A DNA stretch of 64,000 nucleotides. It comes from Lentisphaerota bacterium. Lineage in GTDB: Bacteria > Verrucomicrobiota > Lentisphaeria > Victivallales > Victivallaceae. The notes under the pieces are model-generated. The model had not been told where the DNA came from. It worked only from the letters and a program-made list of their open reading frames with translations, and did not search any database. A program made the translations under genes and the position numbers. Location: contig SUWG01000008.1 in the NCBI GenBank assembly GCA_015061625.1, positions 11,298 through 75,297 of the forward strand. Reading direction: 5' to 3'. Below, in pieces: positions 33,326 through 43,092 of this stretch; position 1 is the stretch's first letter, and each line of letters opens with the position of its first letter.

Positions 33326-35731
33326 TTATTTCAAGTGTTTTTCCAGTAAGTTGCCGATCATCAGGCGCACCTCATACATCAGCACCGGATCGGGATTCAT
33401 TTTGCCCATCACCGGCGCAACTCTGGCGATCTCCCGGTCGATCTGCGCCTTGATTTCCGGCGGCAACTGCCGGGAAAGATACATCATATTGAAGTCCTCC
33501 ACGCCGTCACGGAAATATTCCAGCCGCACAGAATATACCGGCTTGTCATACGCCGGATAAAGAATCCACACGTCACCGTTTTTCTCAAAGGTTCCATGCT
33601 GCCAGTTGTAGTCCATGCTCCACTGCAGATAACCGGTGAATCCATTGACATAGCACTGCCACGTCGTCACTCTGGGGATCGCCGCTTCCCAATGCGGTGA
33701 AAAGGTTACTCCATTGAGGTAGATCCAGAATTGCTTGCCCTCTGACAAAGCCTGGTCAACCACCGCTTTGGTCTCTTTGCTCCACCACTGGCCCAATGGT
33801 CCGGTGGTGATGATGTCATTGTAACGCAGAACCATCGGGTCGGGGGCGGAAACAGTCATCAGTTTCACTCCCGGCGCGTAACGGTGAACCATGCCGACGG
33901 TCTTTTCCATGGCGGCATAGTGACCGCCGGTCATTTCGTCCCACATATAGATAAAGGAACGGTCAAGGATGCCTCTTTCACTGACCTGCCGGTGGAAACT
34001 GCGCAGATAGTTGGTGAAATTGCGCTCAAATTCCGGAGATTCCAGATCGAGATTGAGGAACTGCACCTTTTTGCCCGGAGCCCAGTTCCACGCTCCGAGG
34101 AAAAGGTACGGAGCCTGAAACATGGACATATTGAATTGCGTGACCGCTTTGACTGCCAGATCAAGATTATCTTTGAAACGCAACTCATTGCCGTCAAAAA
34201 TTTCCCGCAACTGCCGCTGACCGCCGGGGTAGACGGTGCCGCACATCCCGTATTGGGCCAACCGGGCAAGAACCTGTTCACGGTGTTCGGGCAGGGAACT
34301 CCACAAAAGTCCGTGGGCGGTATAACGGCTGTAACGGGGCAATTCAAAGCCCCAGACCCGCAGAGATACCGGGATATCCGCACTTTTTCCGGCGATTTTT
34401 ACGGTAACTTTACCGGAATAAACGCCCGGAGCCGTACCCGGCGGAGCGAAAAAGGTCAGATGGCAGATCGTATTCTGCCCGGCGCGCATTTTAGCGGGCA
34501 GGGCATCGGCCAATTCCCGGAGTTTATCCGGGAACCGCTGTTCGCCGTAAAAGAGGGCGCGGGGCGAGGCGACTTTCTGGATCCCAAGCAAATTGGCATA
34601 GAAATTTTCCGCTTTGATCACCTTGCCGTCGGCCGAAGTCAGGTCGCTGAAAACGATACTTTCCAGATAACATTCGCTTTCGGGGTTGAATATCAACTGG
34701 ATGGATTCTCTTTCGTTTGCCGCCCCGGTCAGGGTGATCCCGGCGGCACGTCTTTCCGGCACATTCATCGCCGGATAGACCCGTTTGGCGGGGATTTCAC
34801 TCCAGAAGCGGATGCCCGGCAGGGCGGGAAGTTGAGCGGCCAGAGTCGAGGGAATGCGATATTCACCATCGAGCATGGCGGGGGTGAAACGTGCCGGCTG
34901 GAAATCAACTTTTTCCGCCAGTTCACGGGCGGCTTGTTTATGTGCCTCGGTCAATTCTGCGCCGTCAAGCAGTAAAAACGCCAATCTTACGCCCAGTTTA
35001 TCCCCGGCGTTGTAAAAGGGGAATGCGGGCATATAGAGGTGATTGAAGTTGACCGATCTGCACCATGATCCCGGACTGTAAGTCGGCATCAGACCGAGTT
35101 GATGACCGTATTTCAAAGGAGCATTGACATCGATGAGCATCAGCAATGTTTTGCCGCGCGCCGGAATGTGGAAGAACATCGCTCTGGTGTGCGCCAGCGC
35201 GGCGGGCGCAGGAACTTCGGCCGTGGAAAAATTCTGTAAAGTTCCGTCATCGAATGAAACCGAAGTGATCTCTTTGGTCAACCGGGTCAGAGGAAAGCGC
35301 ATATGACCGCAGTCACGGCTCTCTTTTATTGTCAGGATATATTCATAGACCACGGCGGGGGAATCGTTGAAAAATTCGATGATACGCTCCACGTCGAAGT
35401 CGCAATTGCCGGTACGGGAGATGATTTTGTTGCCTTCGATCCGGTAATTTCCCAACGGCCATGCTTTTTCGGATTGATCCTGATAGATGTGATCGGTATT
35501 TCCGCTGCGGCCGTGATACCAGATGATACTTTCGATCACTGCGGAAAAGTTTTTGCCGTCACTGCCTCTGGCGGCCAGATTAAAGGCAAAATTCTTATTG
35601 GCGAGCAGGGAAATGGCAAATTCTCCGTTTCCGGCGGAAACATTGCCGTTATTTTCCCGGATCGTCACTTCCGCAACGAGGGTGGCTGTCAGAAAAAAGG
35701 CACAAAAGAGGATGGAAAAGATTTTTTTCAT
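33326..35731 (-). CDS. DUF4091-domain glycoside-hydrolase-like secreted protein
   Basis: Signal peptide. C-terminal 'GDVWILYPAYDKPVYSVRLEYFRDGVEDFNMMY' is the DUF4091 signature (GDG.L.YP...S.RLE..RDG.ED). Confidence 0.7.
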   Translation of the reverse strand: MKKIFSILFCAFFLTATLVAEVTIRENNGNVSAGNGEFAISLLANKNFAFNLAARGSDGKNFSAVIESIIWYHGRSGNTDHIYQDQSEKAWPLGNYRIEGNKIISRTGNCDFDVERIIEFFNDSPAVVYEYILTIKESRDCGHMRFPLTRLTKEITSVSFDDGTLQNFSTAEVPAPAALAHTRAMFFHIPARGKTLLMLIDVNAPLKYGHQLGLMPTYSPGSWCRSVNFNHLYMPAFPFYNAGDKLGVRLAFLLLDGAELTEAHKQAARELAEKVDFQPARFTPAMLDGEYRIPSTLAAQLPALPGIRFWSEIPAKRVYPAMNVPERRAAGITLTGAANERESIQLIFNPESECYLESIVFSDLTSADGKVIKAENFYANLLGIQKVASPRALFYGEQRFPDKLRELADALPAKMRAGQNTICHLTFFAPPGTAPGVYSGKVTVKIAGKSADIPVSLRVWGFELPRYSRYTAHGLLWSSLPEHREQVLARLAQYGMCGTVYPGGQRQLREIFDGNELRFKDNLDLAVKAVTQFNMSMFQAPYLFLGAWNWAPGKKVQFLNLDLESPEFERNFTNYLRSFHRQVSERGILDRSFIYMWDEMTGGHYAAMEKTVGMVHRYAPGVKLMTVSAPDPMVLRYNDIITTGPLGQWWSKETKAVVDQALSEGKQFWIYLNGVTFSPHWEAAIPRVTTWQCYVNGFTGYLQWSMDYNWQHGTFEKNGDVWILYPAYDKPVYSVRLEYFRDGVEDFNMMYLSRQLPPEIKAQIDREIARVAPVMGKMNPDPVLMYEVRLMIGNLLEKHLK

Positions 35732-35751
35732 GGTCGGAATCCGTTAAATTT

Positions 35752-36540
35752 TTACAAACTCATCTGACGTACGCTGGGGGCTTCTGTCGGGATCCCGAAA
35801 TTTGCCGCAGGTGAAAGATAGGCACGCTCTTTAGCGGATTTTTCCGAAGATTCAACGTGTCCGTCAGCCATCAATTCATTGACATTGCCGTTGTGCCGCT
35901 GGGCGATGACCCACGGACCATTGGAGTAAAACAGCGTCGAAACACTGGCGGTGGTATTGTAGTAGGTGAATGTGGAAAGCGTTTGACCGGAGGTGTTGTT
36001 GTGTTTGCCGCCGCCGTCAATGAGCATCAAAGTTGCCGAGGGTTTGGCCAGACGTACAGTTTTAGCAAAGGAAAGATTTTCATTCATGGCATAGCCGGAA
36101 ACAAAGTAGTCGGTGGTACCGTTGACGGTTTTGCCGGTGTAGTGTCCGGTGGAAGCCTGCGGTTCGGAGGGGCAGACGAATGAACCGCCGAGTTCATTAT
36201 AAGTTCTGACGGCATTATTCACATCGTTGTAAGCCATGCCGAGAAAAGGTTTGAGTGAAGTTCCCCAGCGGATGTAGGTTGCACCTGTACTCTGTCCGCT
36301 GGCGGGCAGGTAATCTTCATAAGCATCGGTGTAGGCGATGAATGCATTGCTCAACTGTTTGAGATTGTTGATGCAGCTGGCACTGCGGCCGCGCTCACGG
36401 GCGGAATTGAGGGCAGGGAGCAAAATCGCCGCCAGAATGGCAATGATGGCGATAACAACGAGCAATTCGATCAGGGTGAAGCCCATGGGCTTTCTGTCAT
36501 GCTTATGACAGAAAAAACTCTTCTTCGTGGCACATTTCAT
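35752..36540 (-). CDS. Prepilin-type N-terminal cleavage/methylation-domain (pseudopilin-like, H-X9-DG) protein
   Basis: Leader '[20 protein letters not shown]', then '[43 protein letters not shown]'. C-terminal '[14 protein letters not shown]'. AAGGAG lies upstream. Confidence 0.85.
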   Translation of the reverse strand: MKCATKKSFFCHKHDRKPMGFTLIELLVVIAIIAILAAILLPALNSARERGRSASCINNLKQLSNAFIAYTDAYEDYLPASGQSTGATYIRWGTSLKPFLGMAYNDVNNAVRTYNELGGSFVCPSEPQASTGHYTGKTVNGTTDYFVSGYAMNENLSFAKTVRLAKPSATLMLIDGGGKHNNTSGQTLSTFTYYNTTASVSTLFYSNGPWVIAQRHNGNVNELMADGHVESSEKSAKERAYLSPAANFGIPTEAPSVRQMSL

Positions 36541-36733
36541 TCTGAAAACTCCTTATTTTTTGGTGGTGATTCCGTCGTATGGGACACTATAAATATAGTA
36601 TATACGTTTTCAAAAAACAATACCGGTATGGTGATTTTGACGGTAAAACTTGTATTCTTGTATTTTTTTAAAGTCAGTGACTTGCAAAATGTGATATTTG
36701 CCGCTATTTTAAGTAACCGCAGGAGAATGTGAA

Positions 36734-37750
36734 ATGTTGTCGAAAAAAAATACCGTTTTGAAAATACTTCTGGATGAGTTGAATACGGGAAAACTTCACC
36801 CCGGAGAATTTATCCCCTCACGCAACCAGCTTATGCGCCGTTTTCACTGTTCAAGAACGGTGATCGAAAGTGCCATTGCCGGGTTGACCGCTATGGGGCT
36901 GCTTGCCGGTCGGCAGGGGAAAGGTACATTTGTCCGGATGAAACCGTCACATCCGGCGATGGACATCCGCAAGGTTAATGTGGTATCTCCTTATGATGCA
37001 AAGAGTTTCCGTTCTCCGTTAAGTTGCCTTCTGCTCAATCCGGAATTGATGCCGATGCCGGTGGAAATGATCCCGGTCGAGCGGGCGGAAGCGGAGTGTG
37101 AAACTCTCTGCCAGAGCGATGCCGTGACCATCCATATCAATCCGGGGTATGAGCAACTTTCGCTAATGAATTTCCTGAAAAGCCGCCATATACCGCAACT
37201 GCTTGTAAACCGGGAGTTTGACGGTTTTGACCGGATCTATACCGATACTTATTCCGGATTTATGTCGGGGTTGAAAATGCTGGATTCCGCCGGCGATTCT
37301 CCGCTTGGTTTGATCGCCTTGGAACCGGAATTGGCCATTCCCTATCAGATGCCGCGACTGCTGGCATTTTACCGGGCTTTGACCGGGAGCGGTATTCCGT
37401 TATCTGCCGCCAATACGGTTTTTATCCGCCGGACGGAAATAGAAAAAGGCCTGGAAGCGGCAAAAAAACTTTTTTCATCGCTTCCGGCCAAAATTGCCGT
37501 CATCAACAGTGATCTGACTGCTCCGGTCATGAATCTGGCCCGGTCACTCAACCTTGCGCCCGGCCGGGATTATCATCTGCTGGCATTTGAGTATTTAAGT
37601 GCCATCGATGGAGTGCCGGGGGTGGTCATGCTCCGTCAGAGATACGACCTCTTTTTTGAGGAGTTGAAACGTTTTCTGGGCATATGCAACCAGCCCGGCC
37701 GCCCCTGTTTCATTTCGCAGATCCCGCCGGAAGTCCACGGCACGATTTGA
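36734..37750 (+). CDS. GntR-type HTH regulator with periplasmic-binding-protein-like (LacI-type) sugar-sensor domain
   Basis: 'GEFIPSRNQLMRRFHCSRTVIESAIAGLTAMGLLAGRQGKGTFV' is a GntR winged helix. It is divergent from the pseudopilin/DUF4091 operon. Confidence 0.7.
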   Translation: MLSKKNTVLKILLDELNTGKLHPGEFIPSRNQLMRRFHCSRTVIESAIAGLTAMGLLAGRQGKGTFVRMKPSHPAMDIRKVNVVSPYDAKSFRSPLSCLLLNPELMPMPVEMIPVERAEAECETLCQSDAVTIHINPGYEQLSLMNFLKSRHIPQLLVNREFDGFDRIYTDTYSGFMSGLKMLDSAGDSPLGLIALEPELAIPYQMPRLLAFYRALTGSGIPLSAANTVFIRRTEIEKGLEAAKKLFSSLPAKIAVINSDLTAPVMNLARSLNLAPGRDYHLLAFEYLSAIDGVPGVVMLRQRYDLFFEELKRFLGICNQPGRPCFISQIPPEVHGTI

Positions 37751-37757
37751 AAATTGC

Positions 37758-38282
37758 TCAATAAAGGCTGTTGCCGTCAGCATCGATGGCGACGACCAGC
37801 GGCAGATTTTCCAGTTCCAATTTGTAGATCGCTTCCGGACCGAGGTCATCGAATGCCACGACTTCGGCTTTGACAATGGAATTGGCGATCAATGCTCCGG
37901 CTCCGCCGGTGGCGGCGAAATAGACACAGCCGTATTCTTTCATGGCATCTTTCACGCCCTCACTCCGGTCGCCTTTGCCGATCATGGCGCGCAGACCGCA
38001 TTCTTTGATGATGCGCGGGCTGTAGGCATCCATGCGTCCGCTGGTCGTGGGCCCTGCCGAACCGATCGGCCGCCCCGGAGGAGCCGGGCAGGGGCCGACA
38101 AAGTAGATCGCCTGATTTTGCAGATCGACCGGCAGAGTTTCGCCTTTATCGAGCATGGCGCAGAGGCGTTTATGGGCCGCATCCCTGCCGGTATAGACCA
38201 CCCCGGAAAGCGTGATCCTGTCACCGGCTTTGAGGGAACGGATATCATTTTCAGTAAATGGGGTATGCATTATTTTTTTCAT
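37758..38282 (-). CDS. Fe-S hydro-lyase beta subunit (class I fumarate hydratase / tartrate dehydratase C-terminal type)
   Basis: 'YTGRDAAHKRL' and 'FVGPCPAPPGRPIGSAGPTTSGRMD'. Confidence 0.85.
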   Translation of the reverse strand: MKKIMHTPFTENDIRSLKAGDRITLSGVVYTGRDAAHKRLCAMLDKGETLPVDLQNQAIYFVGPCPAPPGRPIGSAGPTTSGRMDAYSPRIIKECGLRAMIGKGDRSEGVKDAMKEYGCVYFAATGGAGALIANSIVKAEVVAFDDLGPEAIYKLELENLPLVVAIDADGNSLY

Positions 38283-39124
38283 AATTCCACCTCCGCATGA
38301 CGTGCCGCATGGCAGTTGAGATTCACCGCTACGGGCATACTGGCCAGATGACAGGGGTGAAATTCGATATTCACCGCCAGGGCGGTGGTTTGGCCGCCCA
38401 ATCCCTGCGGGCCGACACCGGAGGCGTTGATTTTTTCGAGGATCTCCGCTTCCAGAGCGGCATATCTTTCATCCGGAGAATTTTCCCCGACTTTGCGGAG
38501 CAGGGCTTTTTTAGCCATATATGCGGCATATTCCATCGTGCCGCCGATACCGACTCCGACGATCGTCGGCGGGCAGGGGTTGCCTCCGGCGGAAACGACG
38601 GCATTGACGACGAAATCAACGACGCCCTGACGCCCTTCGGAAGGTTTGAGCATCCGCAATGCGCTCATATTTTCCGATCCGCCGCCTTTGGGCGCGAGGG
38701 TGAGGTGAAGTTTATCCCCCGGCACCTGCTCCAGATGGACTACTGCCGGGGTGTTGTCAAAGGTGTTTTTGCGGTCGAAAAGCGGATCGGCAACGATGGA
38801 TTTGCGCAGAAAGAATTTTTTATATCCCTCGCGCACTCCGGCATTGATCGCCTCTTTTACCGTTCCGTGATCGAGCATGACTTCACTGCCCATTTGCACA
38901 AAGAATACCGCAAAACCGGTATCCTGACACAGCGGCAGACGCTCCTTGCGGGCGATCTGGGAATTGAGCAGATACTGGTCAAAAAATTCCCGGCCCAAGT
39001 CGCTGGTTTCTCCGCTTTTTGCACGTTGCAGTGCGGCAAGCACATCATCCGGCAGATCGCAGGCCGCCTGACCGCACATGGCGCAGACGGCATCTTTGAT
39101 CCGGTCAAATTCAATAATTCTCAT
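38279..39124 (-). CDS. Fe-S hydro-lyase alpha subunit (class I fumarate hydratase / tartrate dehydratase N-terminal type)
   Basis: 'LPLCQDTGFAVFFVQMG' and 'PKGGGSENMS'. ATGA overlap with the beta subunit. Confidence 0.85.
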   Translation of the reverse strand: MRIIEFDRIKDAVCAMCGQAACDLPDDVLAALQRAKSGETSDLGREFFDQYLLNSQIARKERLPLCQDTGFAVFFVQMGSEVMLDHGTVKEAINAGVREGYKKFFLRKSIVADPLFDRKNTFDNTPAVVHLEQVPGDKLHLTLAPKGGGSENMSALRMLKPSEGRQGVVDFVVNAVVSAGGNPCPPTIVGVGIGGTMEYAAYMAKKALLRKVGENSPDERYAALEAEILEKINASGVGPQGLGGQTTALAVNIEFHPCHLASMPVAVNLNCHAARHAEVEL

Positions 39125-39125
39125 A

Positions 39126-40184
39126 TCAGAAAAGTCCTAAATTAACAGCGATCGACCCCAGAGCCGCCGCAATGATCAAAATCAGCAAAGTGGGGAGCAG
39201 CCACGGAAATTTTTCCAGAAATTTGACCTCTTTTTTCTCTGCGCTCCATGAAGATTTGATGGCAACTTTATTTGTCGGAATTGTTTTTTTACTGCCGGAG
39301 TTGTGGTAAACTGTGGAACCGGGTTTTTCCGCATCCGGGAAAATACGTTGATGGATCTCCAGCAGTTTTTCGCGGATGGCACTCCAACTGGCGGGGCGGT
39401 CATCGGGATTTTTGGCCAGCATGGAATCGATGAATCCGGCCAGTTCCCGATCCATATCCGGATTTTTGCTGATCAATGGTTCTGGCATTTCGTTGAGGTG
39501 GCAATCGAGAATATGCTCCAAGGTGCCGTTAAAAGGGGCCGCACCGCAGGATAATTCATAGAACATCACTCCGAAACTGTAGATATCGCTGCGCTGATCG
39601 GCATCGACGGCCTGCTGGGAAATGACTTCCGGAGCGGCGTAAAGCGGGGTGATCATCACATCGGAAGGATCTCCGGTCACGCCGTTGCTGGAGCGGGCCA
39701 GACCCAGATCGCCGACTTTCAGGATATTATCTTTGGAAATCAGGATATTGGCCGGTTTGATGTCGCCGTGGATCATGCCGTGTTTGCTCCAGGCGTAATC
39801 CATGGCATTGGTCAGCTGGATGGCGAGATCGAGCATATAGGCTGTGGAAATAATTTCCGGCGTTTCGGTGCGGATATGTTCCAGAGAACTGCCGTTGACA
39901 TATTCCATAAGAAAATATTTCAATCCGTTGTCATCGCCGACATCGAGAGCCTGAATGATATTCGGGTGGGAAAGTTTCGCCGCATTGGCCGCTTCGGAAA
40001 AGAGGTTGTCGATGAATTCCGGATCGTTTTGCAACTCCGGAGAGATGATTTTACAGGCGATCTGCCGGTTGAGTTTTTTCTGGTGCGCCAGATAAACCAC
40101 GCCGTTGTTGCCTCTGCCCAGTTCTTTGAGCAATTCGCAACCGGCGACTTCCCGGCCGATAAGGTTGTCAAAATTGTCAGTCAC
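39126..40184 (-). CDS. Hanks-type Ser/Thr protein kinase with C-terminal membrane anchor
   Basis: 'LGRGNNGVVYLA', 'IACKII', 'HGDIKPANILI', 'VGDLGLAR', 'PLYAAPE'. C-terminal 'WLLPTLLILIIAAALGSIAVNLGLF'. Start placed at GTG 40184, which has AAGGAA 9 nt upstream and forms GTGA with the dgt stop. The track start 40364 lies inside dgt. Confidence 0.8.
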   Translation of the reverse strand: MTDNFDNLIGREVAGCELLKELGRGNNGVVYLAHQKKLNRQIACKIISPELQNDPEFIDNLFSEAANAAKLSHPNIIQALDVGDDNGLKYFLMEYVNGSSLEHIRTETPEIISTAYMLDLAIQLTNAMDYAWSKHGMIHGDIKPANILISKDNILKVGDLGLARSSNGVTGDPSDVMITPLYAAPEVISQQAVDADQRSDIYSFGVMFYELSCGAAPFNGTLEHILDCHLNEMPEPLISKNPDMDRELAGFIDSMLAKNPDDRPASWSAIREKLLEIHQRIFPDAEKPGSTVYHNSGSKKTIPTNKVAIKSSWSAEKKEVKFLEKFPWLLPTLLILIIAAALGSIAVNLGLF

Positions 40185-41506
40185 AGTGAAATTCCTTTCA
40201 GTTTCTGATAAAGTAACACGGCATTGCGGTCGGTAAGACCGGAAATATAATCCAGCACGCCGAGCAGTCGGCTGTAAGCGTTGCCGGGATTGGTGTGATA
40301 AAGCACTTCCGGGAGCATGGCGGAGATGCGGCGACTGCGGGTGGATGCGGCTTTGCCGCCGCATTTTTCATGATCCATTTCGCTGACACACGGCACGAAT
40401 ATATCGAGCATACCCATAACCAATTCAAAGCCGGTGCCGACGATTTCGGCGACAGATGGATGGTTGTAGATGCCCGAAGCACTGCGTTGACGGATGCGGG
40501 CGAGGATATCTTTCTGGGGAATGCTTTCGGTGAGCGGTTTATTCCATGAACCATTGAGCAATTCGTTGTGATGGCGGATGAATTCATCTGCCGCTGAACG
40601 CACCAGCACGCCGATCACCTGCGCCCGGAGAAATTCCGCTTTACGGCAGGAACTTTTGAGGCTTTGGACATAACTGCGGCAGTGGTCATTGTCGATGATA
40701 TCGAGGAAATTTTTCTCCAATTCGGTGTAATCGATCAGATTCTGGCGCAGAGCATCTTCAAAATCGACGGTCAGATAAGCGATATCGTCAGCGGCTTCGA
40801 GGAGGAAACTCAAGGGGTGGCGTTTCCAGCTGCAATCGTCATTTCTGATCATGCCGCAGGATTCGGCGACTTCGGCAAAGTAATCTTTTTCCTGTTGGAA
40901 AAATCCGCATTTTTTCAATCCGCTTTGGGCCGAACCGGGATATTTGGCAAATGCTCCGAGCGTGGCGCAGGTCAACTGCATACCGCCCGGGCGGTCGGGC
41001 ATTTCCAGTTTGGTAAGGATCCGGAATCCCTGGGCATTACCGTCATATTTGGCAATATCGGCTTTTTCCGCTTCATTCATTTCCTCGCTGATGGCTTTAC
41101 CGGCGGGGGAATTTTCAAACCAGTAACGTATGGCCTCTTCCCCGGCATGACCTAATGGCGGATTGCCGATGTCGTGCGCCAGAGCGGCGGCGGCGACGGC
41201 GGCACCGATATCGCTGGGGTGGGCCCCGCCGGTATCATTGTGGGAGCAGATGAATACTCCGGCGGCAGTGCCCAGACTGCGGGCGATACTGCTGGTTTCC
41301 ATGCTGTGAGTCAGCCGGGTGTGGGTGTCGGCACTGCCGGACATGGGGAAAACCTGGGTTTTATCCTGCAACCGGCGGAAACTGCCGCTGAAAACGATCC
41401 GGTCAAAATCCCGCTGAAAGGGGGAACGCTCCGGGGTGATTTTCCCCGGTGCTTCGGTACAGAGGCGGTGCGGGGAAAGCAATTTTTTCCAATTCATTTG
41501 TGTCAT
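40181..41506 (-). CDS. dgt: dGTP triphosphohydrolase-like HD-domain protein
   Basis: 'FQRDFDRIVFSGSFRRLQDKTQVF', 'HTRLTHSMETSSIARS', 'HDIGNPPLGHAGE'. The track start is TTG 41509, and the ATG at 41506 has GGAGTC upstream. Confidence 0.85.
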   Translation of the reverse strand: MTQMNWKKLLSPHRLCTEAPGKITPERSPFQRDFDRIVFSGSFRRLQDKTQVFPMSGSADTHTRLTHSMETSSIARSLGTAAGVFICSHNDTGGAHPSDIGAAVAAAALAHDIGNPPLGHAGEEAIRYWFENSPAGKAISEEMNEAEKADIAKYDGNAQGFRILTKLEMPDRPGGMQLTCATLGAFAKYPGSAQSGLKKCGFFQQEKDYFAEVAESCGMIRNDDCSWKRHPLSFLLEAADDIAYLTVDFEDALRQNLIDYTELEKNFLDIIDNDHCRSYVQSLKSSCRKAEFLRAQVIGVLVRSAADEFIRHHNELLNGSWNKPLTESIPQKDILARIRQRSASGIYNHPSVAEIVGTGFELVMGMLDIFVPCVSEMDHEKCGGKAASTRSRRISAMLPEVLYHTNPGNAYSRLLGVLDYISGLTDRNAVLLYQKLKGISL

Positions 41507-41659
41507 CAACTAAGACTCCGTTAAATATTCAGTAAAGTAATATAATCATTATCTGGAAATTTACAAGTTGAAGTTTGCAAAAAAATGCCGGTAACAGTAT
41601 ATTATTCTCAAAGGAGATTTCAAGTTTTTGAAAATTGTTTTCCGGAGAAGAAAAACAAC

Positions 41660-41688
41660 TTGTAAAATTTCCTGATATGTGGTATATT
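41660..41688 (+). promoter_or_regulatory. Possible sigma70 promoter for the MFS transporter gene
   Basis: TTGTAA (41660-41665), 17-nt spacer ending in TGG, TATATT (41683-41688). Confidence 0.5.
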
Positions 41689-41760
41689 TTACATAGTGAA
41701 ACGATTCACTCTATTTGCGGTATCTATAACCATATATACTCCGCCTGGAGGTCGGAAAAA

Positions 41761-43092
41761 ATGGAATCATCGGAAGCAGAGCGTCAGGAAGCATTGCAAG
41801 CCAATGGTAAAAAAATCAACTGGAAAAAGAATCTGTTTTTCATCTGGTTGAGTCAATTTCTGTCGCTGGCGGGATTCAGCAGTTGTATGCCTTTTATTCC
41901 CAAGGTTATGGAAGATTACCTGGGGATAACCGACCGTGGTTTGCGGTTGCAATTCATTTCAGCGTATCACTTTTGCGGCATGATCAGTTTGTGTGTGGCG
42001 ATGGTCGTCTGGGGAATGCTGGCAGATCGTTTCGGGCGCAAAATGATGTTGTTGCGGGCCAGTTTTGCCGCGGCGGTCTTTTATCCGCTGCTGGCGTTGG
42101 TGCCGAATATCTGGCTGCTGCTGCTGTTGCGGTTTTGCTGTTCCTTTTTCTCCGGTACTTACAATCCGGCGCAGACACTGGCGGTCAGCACTTCGCCGCA
42201 GGAAAAGCACGGCTTTGTACTCGGAGTGTTGAGTACGGCATTGTGGAGCGGTTATATGCTTGGCTACCTGATCGGCGGAGTGGTGGCGGAAAATTTCGGT
42301 TTTGTGGTTGCCTTTGCCAGTTGCGGGATCGTTTACGGGATCGGCGGATTGCTGGTGCTGTTTTTTGTGGATGAAAATTTTGACCGCAATGTGGAGCAGA
42401 AAAAGTTGGCGGCGGTGCGCAAACCGGTGCGGGAAATGCTCACTCCGGGGGTGGGCGGCATTTTGCTGATGGTGCTGTTTATGGGCGTGGCCCGGCGCAT
42501 CGGGGAACCGTTTTTGACGGAATTGGTCAGCGATACGATGAATGGTGAAGAAAAATTCACCCTGAATTTATACTTTTTCTCTTTGAGCGGTTCGGATGTG
42601 TTCTTTACGGCGATAATCAGTGCGGCGGCATCGCTGGGCGGATTTCTTTCCGGGGTGGTGATCGGTTGGCTCTGTGACCGGATATTGCCGCGGAAACTGT
42701 TGATCCCGGTGCTGATCGCCAGTGCGGCAGGAGTAGCGGCGCAGTTGCTTTCAGTGAATGTGGCATATTTGATGCTGGCGAGATTTTTTGCTTATTTTGC
42801 CGCCGGGGGGATCATGCCGATTTTGCAGTTGATGCTGACCAGGATCACCCGGCCGGAGTTGCGGGGAACATTTTTCGGTTGGTCGGGCAGTTTTTCCACT
42901 GCGGGCGGGGTGTTGTGTGCCTTTGTCAGTTGGATAGTCGGTAAATATTTCGGCTTGCGTGGTATCTACTGGTGTGAAGCGGTGATCTATATACTGATGG
43001 TGCCATTGATGATCCCGGTGGGCAGAGCGATCAAAAAGGAATTGATCGAAGAATACCGGGATAATGAAAAGAAAAAGGAAATGAGCAAATGA
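41761..43092 (+). CDS. MFS transporter
   Basis: About 12 hydrophobic helices. MFS motif A 'GMLADRFGRKMMLL'. Start moved to ATG 41761, preceded by GGAGG. Confidence 0.8.
   Translation: MESSEAERQEALQANGKKINWKKNLFFIWLSQFLSLAGFSSCMPFIPKVMEDYLGITDRGLRLQFISAYHFCGMISLCVAMVVWGMLADRFGRKMMLLRASFAAAVFYPLLALVPNIWLLLLLRFCCSFFSGTYNPAQTLAVSTSPQEKHGFVLGVLSTALWSGYMLGYLIGGVVAENFGFVVAFASCGIVYGIGGLLVLFFVDENFDRNVEQKKLAAVRKPVREMLTPGVGGILLMVLFMGVARRIGEPFLTELVSDTMNGEEKFTLNLYFFSLSGSDVFFTAIISAAASLGGFLSGVVIGWLCDRILPRKLLIPVLIASAAGVAAQLLSVNVAYLMLARFFAYFAAGGIMPILQLMLTRITRPELRGTFFGWSGSFSTAGGVLCAFVSWIVGKYFGLRGIYWCEAVIYILMVPLMIPVGRAIKKELIEEYRDNEKKKEMSK

Noticed and set aside
33884-34975. 363-aa plus-strand ORF
   Set aside because: It is antisense to the DUF4091 gene. 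The same reasoning excludes 46328..47470 (opposite glnN), 13392..14237 (opposite prc), 18372..19274 (opposite nadB), 38297..39145 (opposite the fumarate hydratase alpha subunit) and 43422..44267 (opposite the MlaA fusion).
40185-40364. N-terminal 60-codon extension of the second kinase ORF
   Set aside because: The extension lies entirely inside the dGTPase-like gene and encodes an Arg/Ser/Pro-rich peptide with no kinase motif. GTG 40184, with AAGGAA upstream and GTGA coupling, is the better start.
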